DNA of 64,000 nucleotides from Camelus dromedarius. Its lineage: Eukaryota. The position numbers were made by a program, and so were the translations under genes. The stretch is taken from assembly GCF_036321535.1 (NCBI RefSeq), contig NC_087437.1, positions 93,870,001 to 93,934,000 on the forward strand. Direction: 5' to 3'. Below the pieces are notes generated by a model that had not been told where the DNA came from, ran no database searches, and was given only the letters and a program-made list of their open reading frames with translations. The stretch's first letter is position 1, and every line of letters begins with the position of its first letter. This document shows, piece by piece, positions 24,440 through 37,660 of the stretch.

Positions 24440-25144
24440 TTTTATTCATTCATTTATTTATTTAAAATAAGTTACAATATTGCTTGAATGTCTAAAATGT
24501 GCCCTAAATATTCTAGGCCATGGGGATAGAACAGTGAATCAAATAGATAAGATTTCTCATATTATAGAGCTTTTACTAGACTAAAAAGATTCAGTCAATA
24601 AACAAAGTAAATAAATAAATACATTAATAAACTTGGCATTTCCAGATAGTAATTGTTGCTATGAAAAAAAAAAATCTAAGCAATGTGATAGAGAGCATAT
24701 CAATTATGTACTGCTATTCATCAAACCACATTAAAACTTAGTGGTTTAAAATTACTCTTACTTACTCACTTATAATTTTCTGAATTGACAGTTTGGACTG
24801 GGTTTTTGTTTGGTTTCATCTGTGGTCATTTATTCAGTTATACTTATCTAATGGCTTGGCAGTGGCTGGAAGTTCAGGACGGTTTCATTCACATATCTAG
24901 AAGTTAGCTTTGAGTGGGCCTCTTCAAGGGTTTGCCAGGGCTTCATCACATGATGATCACAATACAAAAAGAGGATAACTCCCAATGTGCAGCGCTTGTT
25001 AAACCTCTCCTTGCATCAGATTTGTCTCATTGGCCTATGCAAGTCAGACAGCAGAGTTCAGTCAATATGGGACAGGGCTACACAGGGGAATGGGTATTAA
25101 GTATTGTGTTCATGGGGTGCTACTAGTTATCTCCACAGAGTGTT

Positions 25145-25179
<35 letters not shown>

Positions 25180-25270
25180 TCGGGGGTTGGGAGCGTCTAT
25201 CAACTTCAGTAACCAGGGAAGACTTCGAATAGGAATAAACAGTTGAGCTCAGATCTGAATGTTGGGAAGC
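24440..25270 (-). mobile_element. L2 3' fragment interrupted by an old MLT1-type LTR (~24700-25135) and (GT)n (25148-25176)
   Basis: ATTCATTCATT L2 tail and GGGGATAGAACAGTGAA. MLT1 motif AAACCAC..AAAACTTAGTGGTTTAAA. Confidence 0.65.
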
Positions 25271-25399
25271 AGCCATCTCACATTAAAAATCTAGTAATCA
25301 ATTCAATTTTCTATACATTATAATTTTTCTTTTCATTTATTATGAAGTAACTGAGATACGGTGAAAAATAAAAGAAAAAGTAGCAAATATTGCTTGTAC

Positions 25400-25720
25400 C
25401 AAAACCTGACTTTGAATACAAGTATAGCATCTTTTGTTAAATTTATTCCTAAATCTTTATTTGAACACTAGTATACATGATTTTATTTAAAAGGTTTTTT
25501 TAAGTATTTGCTTGTAGCACGTTGAAATGTAGCTGATTTTAGTATAGTGACTAGTTATACTGCAATCTTACTACTATACTGACTTCTTAGATACAGTTCC
25601 TATTTTGTAGATTCTTTAAGATTTTCTAAGTAAATAATTATGCTTTCTGCAAATAAGGCAGTTTTAATTTTTTCAATCTGTAAACCTTATATTTTCTTTT
25701 CATGTCTTATTTCAATGGCT
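25400..25720 (-). mobile_element. Old L1M fragment
   Basis: TTTGTTAAATTTATTCCTAA and TTTTGTAGATTCTTTAAGATTTTCTA antisense ORF2 motifs. Confidence 0.6.
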
Positions 25721-26269
25721 GGTGACTTCAAATGGTTGGCATTCTTGCTTTGTTTTGAATCTCATGTTTTTCATGAATTTAAATGCAATAATGGGAGTGA
25801 GGGCCATCTTGTGGATATAATTATTTAGGGTGTATTTATTTTCCTTTACTCAATATTAGAGTAAGTTATCTTGTCTTCTTCTGTATAGCTGGATTAATTT
25901 CTCATTCACTCTTACATTAAATTTGTATTTTCAAGAATCCCATTTTTATGCAGTGTTGTCCCATGAGATTCCCCAGCATGGACATCCCTGAATTTTATTC
26001 TTTCCCAATTCAGTCACCTAACAGAAGTCTAATGTATCCAAGTTTCAGTGAAAATTCTCAAATTGAGGACTATGGTTGGCACCAGGTTTGTCTTCTGATA
26101 TTACCAGTTTTATTTCATTTGGGGATGTGGTATATCCTTACTTTGGGGTCAGTTCATTGACATACTTAAAAAAACATGTTAAAATTCTACTAGCCATTAC
26201 TTTAGTCCACACAGTTAGAATATTTAACCAGTATATTACAAACAAAACAAACATGCTGCTGAGAACACA

Positions 26270-27310
26270 AATTCAAACTTAGTCTTTAGAGAAACTGAGA
26301 CCTCCCTGTTGATCTCACAGGATTTGGGGAATGATTAAATAGGTCAATATATGTAAAGTGCTTAAAAAGTGCTTTGTACTTAGAAAGTGCTGTAGAGCTA
26401 TTAGCTATTTTGCTATCACAGAATCTTGTCATATCATGGCCTTAAAGACAATTCTGTGCTAGTAAGTAGCAGGAATCCCCGTACACTAACGTAAAAAGTC
26501 AATACAGTAAGTTGTGATTAAATGCAACTTAAATGGATAGATGATTATGGCATAGTTTTCCTCTGTGACACTAGTTCGAAAGATGGTATTTGGATAATCT
26601 AAATTTTGGTATGAATTAGAAATAAGAGAGAGAAACTAGAAGAAATGAATGCTACGTTACTGCCTGGGAAGAGGAGACCTGGGCCATTGAGTCAAAGGCT
26701 TCAGTGTAGAGGATGAGGGAAACTTAATTTGCTGAGTGCTTGATATGTGCCAGACATGGCATTATGCATGCTAAATGTAATTATTTCACATAGTCTGAAA
26801 GCTATTGCTTCAAAATATGAGTATTGGTATAAATACTCATATTACTAGATAAGGAAATTGAAATAAAGATGATCAAATGTCAAACTTAAAAAAAAGCTTG
26901 AAGGTGGTGAAGCTTTATTTTGAAATAAGATCATTCTTTAAATTAGTGAACACAGTGCTTAGCACCAGTTGTGGTTTAATAGCACATCTATTGTATTATT
27001 AATCTTGTACCATGTTTGTAATAAAACTGAAGTCTTTATTATTGTATCAAAGCATTCTCATTTGTTCATGTGCTCATCTGAAAATAGCCACTGAATTGCA
27101 TAGTAAAAATAAAAAAGGTGTCCTACGTTGGAAACTAATTATAATAATGATCATTATTAATGTATCTTCCTTAATATACTAATAATCCTCACCAAGTATG
27201 TGGTTATTGAAGTAATCATTTTAAAGTTGATGAATTTAGGGCACAGCAAAGTGAAAATAGAAAATGGTGGCATTAAGTCTACACCCATGTCTCTCTGGCT
27301 ACAAATTCTT
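26270..27310. mobile_element. Cluster of MIR fragments (~26270-26410 +, ~26730-26900 -, ~27130-27310 -)
   Basis: ATATGTAAAGTGCTTA, ATGTGCCAGACA and AGATAAGGAAATTGA motifs. Confidence 0.55.
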
Positions 27311-27619
27311 TCGTATAAGTGATACTATGCTATTTAGGTAAAGGGATAAAATTAATTTATAATTTGAAATTCTATTACACAAGTGTGTATTAAATTTAAT
27401 GAAAGTTTGCTTATACTAAAATAGAAGCAGATCTGGACCTTTTAGAAAATAATGATTATCCTAAAATACATTGATACGGTGATGGATATAGCTACAGATA
27501 GGGACTAAATAAGCAAATAGGCTTCTATCTCCTATTTTCACGTGAGTTTGTTTCAGCAATATTCATGAGCTCATACAGAGGAATGATGAAGTATATGTGT
27601 GTCATCTACTAAACATGGT

Positions 27620-28030
27620 GCTGAATGTTTTTAAAGTTCAGGCAGGCTAACTGGTAGAACAAAAATCTTGTGCCTTAACACAAAAAGGATTGATGTGTTT
27701 ATGCTAGGTTTTACCGTTTTGTAGGGAAGCTTTGTTTTATGCAGTCACTGAGGACTCCAGTTTTTATTTATCCTGTGAGGCTGCCATAGGCTCCCCACTG
27801 GCACTCTGCATCTAGTTAGGAGAGGAGGAAAGAGTGAATGTGGAGGCTTGTCAGTCAAATTATACAGGTTGGGCAGGAAATTTTCCAAACTTACTTCTGC
27901 TCACGTTCCCATAGCCAGAATTCAGTCACATGGTCAGACCTAATTACAAGAAGGGGTATATATTCTAATGGTTCCTATGAGGGGAATAGGAAGACTTTAG
28001 CAAACTACTAGCCAGCAGAGGTTACAATAT
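27620..28030 (-). mobile_element. Old MaLR LTR (MLT1J/K-like)
   Basis: ACTTCTGCTCACGTTCCCATAGCCAGAATTCAGTCACATGG..CCTAATTACAAG. Confidence 0.65.
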
Positions 28031-30930
28031 GTAAACAACAGGGTGATAATGTGATTTAGTTTACATTGTTATCCTCACTTGCTCATATTTCAGATAGGAG
28101 GACCAGCAGGCTTAAGATTACTGAAACTAGAATCAGAAACCATGAACTTGAGATACAGGCTACAGGATGATAAAACACAAGGAGGAGAAAAAGTCCACTT
28201 GGTATAAACCTTAGTGGACTAGGTGCATCTTCAAAACAATCTATCTTCAAAAGTTAGGAGGGAAAGGTAATTTGAGAATATAGTTTAAGTTTAGTTAAGA
28301 ATCTACCTTCTCATACAGTGATTGATAGCCTTTGAGTGGTTTTTAGACAGGGGGTAAATGGTTACAAGTATGCATTAAGAAGATAATTTTTAGTTTGGAG
28401 GAAGAATTAGAAAAGTAAATATTCAGGAAGCAGGGAAATCAAAGAGGAATATACTCCAGAAATTTAAGATCCTAAATTTCAGAGGTACTGTGAAGTTGGA
28501 GAAAGACAAACAAATTGAAGATATTTCAGAGACAGAATGGAAAAGATGTGGTCATTTATTGACCAGAGTAAAGAAGAGTTGTAATCAGAATGTAAATTTT
28601 GAAAATAAAGATGTCTTCACTCAAATACAGTAATTCATGAAATGTGTCTGGGTGTAACCGGACCTATTTCCCAAGCATTAGGAAAATTAGTCAAAATAAC
28701 TACAAAAAGCATGGGTTATAAGAGAAGTGAGTAAAAGGAAAGAGTCACATGATTGCTAATGGTTACCATGCATTTATTTAATGAAATAATACTGAGCATA
28801 GTGTCATGTTACTAATTTTTCACAATGTCATTATGGATTAAATTTGTCCCTGAAAATTTATATCAGCTAAAAGTCTTAGAAATGGACTGACATAACTATA
28901 GCATCATGTAGAATTAAATAGATGCTAATATTTAAAGAAGATTGTGTGTTTGTGATATACAGTCATTTTAACTGGGAGAAAATAATTGTTGGAGCTTGTA
29001 CAGTTGGTTTTGGTCAGTTTTCTAAAACTGCAGGTTTCTGTATAGTTTATATTTTTTACATTTTGTAATATTGACTTCAGAAAAATAATATTCAATAATT
29101 TGTAATAAGCATCTAGAATTTAGAAAATAGATCTTCAGTATACATCTAGAATAAGAGCTAATTCCATTTTATAAAATAGAGATTAGGAAAATGCATTTGC
29201 ATTCTAAATGGACATTCTTACATTTCTATGAAGATCAGTAAATCTATACTCTCATTAACAGAGGTTTCTATTTCACACTACAGGAGATTAAAATATTTCT
29301 TTCAAATGCACACTTCTACCAAAATAACAAACTGTTTCTTTCTTTATGATCTCCAATAGATCATAAAGAAAGCTTGTTATTGTTTTTCATTTATTTATTT
29401 ATTTTTTTGCTGACAATATAACTGCAAACTTTTTCTGAATCTATATCTTCCTAAGATGTACAAACACAATCATCTGTTACCTGTCTACAGGCCAAAGTAT
29501 GCATGTAGAAGGCCTTTCTGGAAAGGGACAGCTAATTCTCATTTGCATTTTAAAACAAGCTCACTTGATTTAACAAACAGTAGGGATGACTTTTTTTTTT
29601 TTTAATAATTTCTATTTGTGCTTTAAAATCTCTAGAAAATCACTGAGGTATCATAAGCAACATTGTTTGTTCATCTTTTTAAATTTAATTTTTAAGCAGT
29701 GTTTCTCTAGGGGAAGAAAATGTTCTGCATCTTTCAGGAAGATAGATTTTAACCAGTATAATAAGTTTCAACTCAGGGATAATTAAAATGAGTTATATAC
29801 ATCTCACTTATTGAGTTTGTAATGAAATGATGATAGACCATTAAGTATAATGACCATTGAAAGTAAGTTCAAAATATAATGTTACTTTTTTAACATGTGC
29901 TATTTTTTCTCACTTGATAATTTGTAATACTGCTATGTGAATCTTTAATGTCATAAGTTGATCATCAGTTTTATGATAATATTCCTAATATTTAAGGAGT
30001 GTTCCCTCCACATATTATACCTACGCATTAAAACCTTAGTAATAATGTTTAAAAGAATAAAAATGGAAAGGGAAAAAAGTTGGAAGTTTTAGGAACACAG
30101 CATTGAAATCTGATTATTAATTAGAAATGTAATAAAGAGTTAATTCTGGCTAATTTGTTTGCATTTATATTCCTTGATGTTGAGTAAGCATGAATGAGGA
30201 TTTCTGAAATAACTTCTCATGGTTTCAATTAAAGTAACAAAACTCACTAGGATAGAAACAGAAAAATCTAGGGTGAGAAGTATGAGCCGATATTTTCTAT
30301 ATGATCTTGAAAACATTTCTGGCTTGGGTTCAAAGAAAAATTTGTTTCCTCTGAAGTGATTAATTTTGTAAAGAAGCAAATATATTTTTCCAGACATCCA
30401 CAAAGTACACATTCATATATATTCAGCACTAGTAGCAACAACAGATACACAACAATTGTTTTTTTCACTTCTCAATTTGAACAATGTGCAGTTATCAGAG
30501 AATAGAATCAGAGTCTTAGGAGCCATCTGGAGCAACCTCCTTCATTTTAAAAGTAAGAAAAATATGGTTCAGAAATGAAAAGTGATTTTCAAAAGCCAGA
30601 AAGCTAGTGTGCTTTTGAACAAATGTCCCCGAATCTCCACAGCAAAGAATGAAGGAAAAACAAAAACAAAAACAAAAACAAAAGCTTTTAACATTAAGTA
30701 ACGTGATTAATCCATGTAATGTAAGCTGGTATACTGCAGGTTTGTAAGGATTTATTTCATAAGTCAGCTCTAAAAAGTTGAATACTTTCTATCTTTTCTT
30801 CCTTTATTTATTTACTTCATCAGTATTATTTTTCCTATCAAGGAAAGTTTGGTCTGTTATTTGACTGGATTTGCTATTACTATTATTATTTTGGGATAAA
30901 GTTCTGTATACGAAGTGTTCTTACATGTTA

Positions 30931-31392
30931 GTATCCATCAGGATTCTCCAAAGAAACAGACCCAAAGAGATAGATATACTGATAGAAAGATGGAGCTACA
31001 GAGAGAGATGGATATAGAGATAGAGATGGAGAGAGAGAGAAGTAGAGACACATAGAAAAGAGGTTTGACTCACACCATTCATTGTGAAGGCTAGCAAGTA
31101 CACGGTTCCCTAGCAGTCTGGAAATAAACAGGATTTCTATTTTATAATTTTAAAGCAGAATTCCTTCTTCTCCAGGAAACTTCAATTTTCACTCTTCAGG
31201 CCTTACACTTACACTGACTGAGTGAGGCCCAGCCACAGAAGGGAGGAGAATCTGCTTTACTTAGACGATGTGATTGTAAACGTTAATCCATCTACAAAAT
31301 ACTTTCACAGCCACTGATGTCTAGAATAGTGTTTGACCAAAACAATGAGCAACATTGCCTAGCCAAGTTGCCGCGTAAAATTAACCCTCAAA
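30931..31392 (-). mobile_element. ERVL LTR (MLT2D-like)
   Basis: GGATTCTCCAAAGAAACAGA, GA-rich tract and CTAGCCAAGTTG..TAAAATTAACC. Confidence 0.85.
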
Positions 31393-32371
31393 ACTATTAA
31401 AGAAAAAGATGCATAATATTTATAATGTCAAGCAAAACCAGATGCTCAGGGAAGTTAAACTCAGTACAACTATCTTCTGATTATTTAACACCTGTAACAT
31501 TTGTGAGTACCCCGTTTGAACTATTTTTCATCAATTAGATGAAGCAAAATTGCCTCAAGAGTAACTATTATTTTCTTTGTAAAATTACCTTTAACCTTAT
31601 TTTTCCATCATGGCAACAATGATGTAACAATGTAAAATATAAAATAAATAAATAAAACTGCAAGTCAAGAGGCATAAAAAGCACTAGAAATGACTGCCAA
31701 GCTGAAGGATTAAATCAGGACTGTGTAGGATTAAATCATGGTTTTATCTTTTAGTGACTGTTTTAATTTGGGTAAATGCAAAACTTTTTGATTTAGCAGT
31801 ATGTTCATCTATAAAGTGGAATTCCTAGCTAAAATATTTGCGATTAGAGTTTAATGAAACCATCCTTGTAAAACCTTTAACCTTATTTCTATTATGCAGT
31901 TAATCTTCAATAAGCAATAACTATAGTGAAACTAGTGCAAGGTTTGTTTATGTGTTTGTTTGTTTTTGTATTTAGCCTATTGCACTGCATGGTGCTAGCA
32001 TTGGCCTCATTTTCTAGGTGACAAGCGATACTGATAGTGGATAAGTAACTTGGAGAAAATCACAAACTCAAAGAGATTTTGGTATACAGATCAGCAGAAA
32101 ATGAAATATTTTACAGTCAGACTGTAGAATGCCTAACAGTATCTGTGACCTGGAAGAATGTTGCTGCATAATAGAAAATAATTTGAGATGGGATCAGTTT
32201 TGGTGGCACTGAAGCCAGGAAACAAAATGACAGTCGTCTTAGAATAATATATTGAAGAGGCTTTCATGTGTGCAGTATGAAAGTGAAACAGCTATTAAAA
32301 TAAATTAAAGGATATTGTTCTCTAATTCAGCACAGTGTATGTTCCTTAAAAACTTGACAAAAATAATAAAA

Positions 32372-32580
32372 TTGCAGATACTAACTACTATATATAAAAT
32401 AGATAAACAACGAGTCTATACTGTATATCATGGGCAACTACATTCAGTGTCTTGTAGTAACCTGTAATGGAAAAGAATATGAAAAGGAATATACGTATAT
32501 ATATGTATGACTGAAACATTACGCTGCACACCAGAAATTGACACTTTGTAAACTGACTGTAGTTCCATAAAAAGTAATAA
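32372..32580 (+). mobile_element. Short L1 3'UTR insertion
   Basis: Aligns directly to 19155-19360 (CAGATACTAACTACTATATATAAAATAG...CACCAGAAATTGACAC). Confidence 0.9.
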
Positions 32581-32779
32581 AAGCATGTATAAGAAAATGA
32601 AAAAATCAGCACCCTCATCAATCAGAAATTACCACTGCTACAATACTCTTACACATACATTGTGATTCCTTTTTTGAATTCAACAATATCAAAAATTCTA
32701 GCAAATGATTTCTCTGTTTTTCTGACCACATTTAAAGAAGCATACTAATTAATAATTATAAATATTATAAAAATCACAG

Positions 32780-34380
32780 AAATAACAATCAATAACAAAA
32801 AGTTACATTTATTTTTGCCAAGTTGGTTGGTTAAAATGGTAGCTCATTGTTATTTAATCTAATTCTGTGCTTCCTTAGATTATTAGGGAGCCTAAACATT
32901 TTTCTTATTTATTGGTTATTTGTATCCCTTATCTTGTGGATAGCCTGTCCAGATGTTTTAGTCCCATTCAAACTCAAATAATTACCAGTCACACTTTCAA
33001 TTTTCAAGGAAATAAATACAAATACAACTGTGTACTTGAGTAAACTTAATTTATATGGCCTGCATTTCTTCTGTTATAAACGTAACTGGTTTTCACTGGA
33101 GAAAATGTAAAGGACATAAAACAGAAAAGAAAAGAGAGCAATAAAGCACAATTACTATCTATTATTGTAAAAGGAAAAAGAATCATCGAGCCTACAGGCT
33201 GTTGTAGGTCTTTTTGGTGTTTTTGACATACATATATAATTGTATACCTCTGTTTCTTGGAGCCTAAATAAATAAATAAATAAATAAGAGATAATAGATA
33301 ACAGATAATCTCTTGCACGTCACCACACACAAATTCTTCAAAGCAAACTCAGAATATATTAAATTCACATGTCATGTTACTTGTCTAGTTACACAAACTT
33401 CATGTAAAAGTCGTCATGAATGTGTATATCACATTTTGTTTATCCATTCACCTGTTAGTAGAGAGTTGGTCCTGCCTTTTGAAATCTAGAATTCCATATT
33501 CTGAAATTTAGCTTCAGAGAACCATCAGCTGTAGGTGCAAAGCTTTATAAAATAAAAATATTGATGACTTTTTATTAACAAGTATTTATTATCTACTATG
33601 TACCAAAAACTACATTAGCCACTGGAATTAAAACAGTGAATGATACTGACAAGTCTCTAACCCCACTGAAATTATACTGTAGTGGGAATGACAGTCAATA
33701 AGAACATAAAACTTAAATATATATGTATATGTGTGTATATATATATGTATAGAGAGAGAGAGAGAGAGACAGTCCTGCCAATTAGTATGTTGAACATGGA
33801 TGTTTGGATATAATATAAAGAAATATATCACTATACTCTAAAAGAAAAATGAATCTATAAGATAATGAACCTCGAAATCATTATGCTGAGTGAAAGAAGT
33901 CAGCCAGCCAAAGAAATCTACAGTGTGGTGTAATTTTTTTTTTTAATTATAGAAAGCACAATTTAATCTGTAGAGATGAGAAACAGATGAGAGGTTGCCT
34001 TTGGCTGGAGAAGAAAGAAATGGTATAGATTGCAAAGGGTATGTAAGAAAACTTTTGGTTTTCCTATTACACAATACACTAAATGAAACCATGTGCATAT
34101 TGCTTTCTTTTACTTTTTCTTTTCTATTGATACTGGTTGTAATGAAAATATTTCTCATCATTTGTACATAATCCATGTTATCTTTGCCCATACTCTTGTT
34201 CTTTTTTCAACTGAACTGTTGATTTTTTCTTATTAATTTGCAAAGACATCCTCAGACTTAAAAAATATATACCTGTAATGTATATTGCAAATATTTTACT
34301 AAATTGTCATTTAATTTTTATAATATTTAAAATCTTATTGATACAAAGAAGTTTTACATGTATAGATAATCCACTTAATT
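32780..34380. mobile_element. Patchwork of old L1M/L2 fragments with (TA)n(GA)n at ~33717-33769
   Basis: ATGAACCTCGAAATCATTATGCTGAGTGAAAGAAGTCAG (L1M 3', +) and TATATTGCAAATATTTT (L1M, -). Confidence 0.6.
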
Positions 34381-34473
34381 CAATTCAATTTAATTTTTTC
34401 ATTCCTTCAACAAATATTTATGAAGTACCTATGTTGGAGACTGAATGAACACATTATTATCTTTATCAAAGAA

Positions 34474-34828
34474 TGTCAGTTCTATTAAAATGGAAGTATA
34501 GTAAAATGTTTGAGTTTATTTGAGCAAAAATTAATTCCCATGGGGCAGTGCCAAACCAGAAGCAGTTAGAAGCAAGCTCCACTGACCAGAGCTAGGGGCA
34601 AGACTTTTATAGAGAAGATGCGGAGTTAAAGCAGGAATATTATGGCTTGGCTAGAGCTTCAGCAGTTGCCTTATTTAAGAAAGACCTAGGTGGCTGTTTG
34701 TGATTCATTGTCCTTAGGTTTTTATTTATTTACCTCGAGACATTTACAGGCTTAGGTTTGGGTTTGCTTATGTAGGCTGCTAAGGCATTAGAACCACCTC
34801 AGTCTAATGGCCTCCTTGAGCAGCTACA
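34474..34828 (-). mobile_element. ERV1 solo LTR (MER34/39-like)
   Basis: GAGTTTATTTGAGC...GGTTTGCTTATGTAGG..CCTCAGTCTAATGGCCTCC. A related fragment lies at ~61035-61100. No TSD resolved. Confidence 0.65.
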
Positions 34829-34889
34829 AATGATATTATCTTGCCTTTTAAAGAAAAGAATATGGATTCTAATTATAGAATGTGTTTTG

Positions 34890-34979
34890 GTGGCGGATGG
34901 TAATAGCTCAGTGGCAGAGCATGTACTCAGCATGGGTCCTGGGTTCAATCCCTCGAACCTCCATTTAAAAAAAAAAGAA
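34890..34979 (+). mobile_element. tRNA-derived SINE (camelid Vic-1-like), second copy
   Basis: TAGCTCAGTGG A box, GGTTCAATCCC B box and poly(A). TSD AGAATGTGTT(T/C)TG at 34877-34889 and 34980-34992. Confidence 0.9.
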
Positions 34980-36449
34980 AGAATGTGTTCTGTTTTTATG
35001 TACTTTAAAAAAATCTAAAAAAAGATTATTTGATAGTCTATTCAGGAGGGTGGCAGGGGAATTTAATTAAAGGGTATGGTACATTTCAAGGATCAGAGTT
35101 AACCGCAGTGGTTGTCAAATCACTATAATTTTAAAATAAGTATTTTTATTGTTGTACCTTTTGTTAAAATATCCATTTTTACCCTGCTTTTGTTCTGCCT
35201 CAGAGTTATGTTGATTTTAAATTCTCACTTTGACTTTTATAAAAAGTGAAAGGTATATAATTGGATCCTACTGAAAGTCGCTAGCTCCAGAGAGAGTTCC
35301 GTTTTGAATTATTTTAGAAGTGTCAGAGTGTACACAGACTTGTTGGTAGTTGTATTGCCTCTGGAATGCTCACTTGCCTAAGAATGAGGAAATTTGTAAG
35401 TAAATGAACAGTCATCTCTCTGTAAATTACTCCTGTGTTCCACCAGCTGAGTGACCAAGCAGAATCAATTTGTAGCCCAGAGATCGTTCATGGTTTCCCA
35501 GCAAAAACAGATGTCAATGTTTGAACAAATTCACCATATTATAAAGAGAACTTGTTACAATTTCAACCTCCACTTGTCAGTCAACAACAACTATATTCTC
35601 TATTCACTCCAATTTCAAAATTCATCATTGCTTTTCTGATGTTAAACAGAACAAATGTACTTAGGGTGCAATCATGCAAAGCCACAAAGAATGAGATCAA
35701 ACTTGGTTCATTATCAAATTTGACACCATTGCGATTGAGTGTTGGATTCAAAAATACCAGGGCCACAATAATCAATAATGGCAAAGTCTAAAACAATTCA
35801 TGTGAATTAGTTGTGCCTCCTAGATTAACTTTTGTCATATTTCTTTTTGACAGGTTAAAAATTGTGCTCACTTTTCCATGTCCATAAATTATTATAGCAT
35901 TTGCAACTAAATTATGGCAGAGATTGATAATCTTTAATTTGAAAAAAAAAATAAATGTTATCAAATGTGAAGCTTCTTTTTTGTGCAACATGTTTATTTC
36001 AAAATTTATTACCTAAGTAATATTTTCATCTCTTTTAATTTTTTCCTTTTTGGAGCCCTAATAAGCACCATCCAATACACTCACACACACAGAAAATGTA
36101 TCCATCTATTAAAAAATACAAATGAATTGTCTTAGGGACAGAGTGAGTTATACAATCATCATTAAAATATTTTTCTGTGTATAATTTGGTGAAGGATTCA
36201 GAGCTTTAGGCTGAATAAATCAGATGAGGCAAAATTGTTACTCTTTAGAAAATATTAGATGTAGAAAATGCTAGATTGGAAAATACTGATGTAAATAGTT
36301 TACATGAAAAAATACTGATGAATAATGAAAATATACATCTGTTAGGCTACAGATACCTTTTAAAAATCATATATTCATTTATTCATTCAGAATGTATTTT
36401 TAAACATCTGTTTTCTAGGTACCTTATTCTCTGTTAATGATATATGTCT

Positions 36450-36875
36450 GCACTTTTCCAGTATAGTAGCCACCAGCCACATGTAATGATTTAGCACTTG
36501 AAATACGGGTAGTACAAGTGAACTGTGCTTAATTTTAAATAATTTAACTTAAATTTACAACTAATATTCTATTCAGTTATTGAAAACCTATGAGTCTATG
36601 AATCTAGTGTTTCACCTAGATTTTATGAAGTCTAAATACAGATTACTTATTTCTCTCTGAAAATTTACCATCTTAATTGAGATGAGCTGTAAATATAAAA
36701 TACACACTAGATTTCAGAGATTAAATACAGAAATAATGTAAAATATCACAATAATATTTTGTTGACTAAGTATTAGAAGAATAATTTAGATTTTTTTATT
36801 TAAATAAAATGTATTCTTAAAACTAATTTCACTAGCTTTCTTCTTACATTTTTAATATGGATACCTGAAATTGTA
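36450..36875. mobile_element. hAT-Charlie element (MER33/Charlie1-like)
   Basis: TAGTAGCCACCAGCCACATGT..AGCACTTGAAAT and TGAGATGAGCTGTAAATATAAAATACACACTAGATTTC. Confidence 0.75.
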
Positions 36876-37139
36876 AAAGGAGGACTGACAGAGTTAATGT
36901 TGGTAAGGGCATAACAATTCTTATCACATAGTCAACTAATTAATATTCATAAATTTCACCAGGAGCCATCTAATATCATAGGCGAAAGAGGCATTTTTCT
37001 CTTATAATTTGAAGGTAACCAGTAAAAAAGAAAAAGCCCCCTTAGAAGTACCAACCTAGTCTAGCCTGGCCTGGGCCATAGATTTATTTTTTAATAATGC
37101 CTTTAAATAACAGCAAAGATTTTCTATCAAAATATATAC

Positions 37140-37660
37140 CCAGAACTAACGTTTATCAAGTGTTTTCAGACTCTACTAAGCGAGTGATACTAGATGTGTT
37201 TCCTGTATCGCCTTTCTTAATTCTTACAACAACTCAATGCCGTAGGTGTCATTAATAACACCAATACAAAGAGAAAGCAATTAACATGCCCACACAAGTG
37301 CAGTCATTCAACAAATGTGTTCTGAGTACCTCCCTAGTGCTCGCTGGGGCTGCTCAAGGCACACGGGAATCACCAATGAACAAAAGCAACCAAGACTCTT
37401 GTCTCTCTGGAGTTAATTTTCTAGGTAGTAAATAGGAATTTAAAGCTATATATGCTTTATTAAAACTCTTTTCCTTTATTAAAATATACTGCTAACAATA
37501 GTTTGGTAACTTTGGGCTGGCTACTTAATCCCTCTCATCTTTAGTGATTTCATGTTTAAAAAAGGCTTAGTAACAAAAAAAAAATACAAAAAAAATACAA
37601 CCATGCATGATTTCTGGATAATAAAATGTTACATGTGAACACTGCTGTATTAACTATATC
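37140..37660. mobile_element. MIR / L2 / MIR fragments
   Basis: TTAATTCTTACAACAACTC, TCATTCAACAAATGTGTTCTGAGTACC and TAACTTTGGGCTGGCTACTTAATC. Confidence 0.6.
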
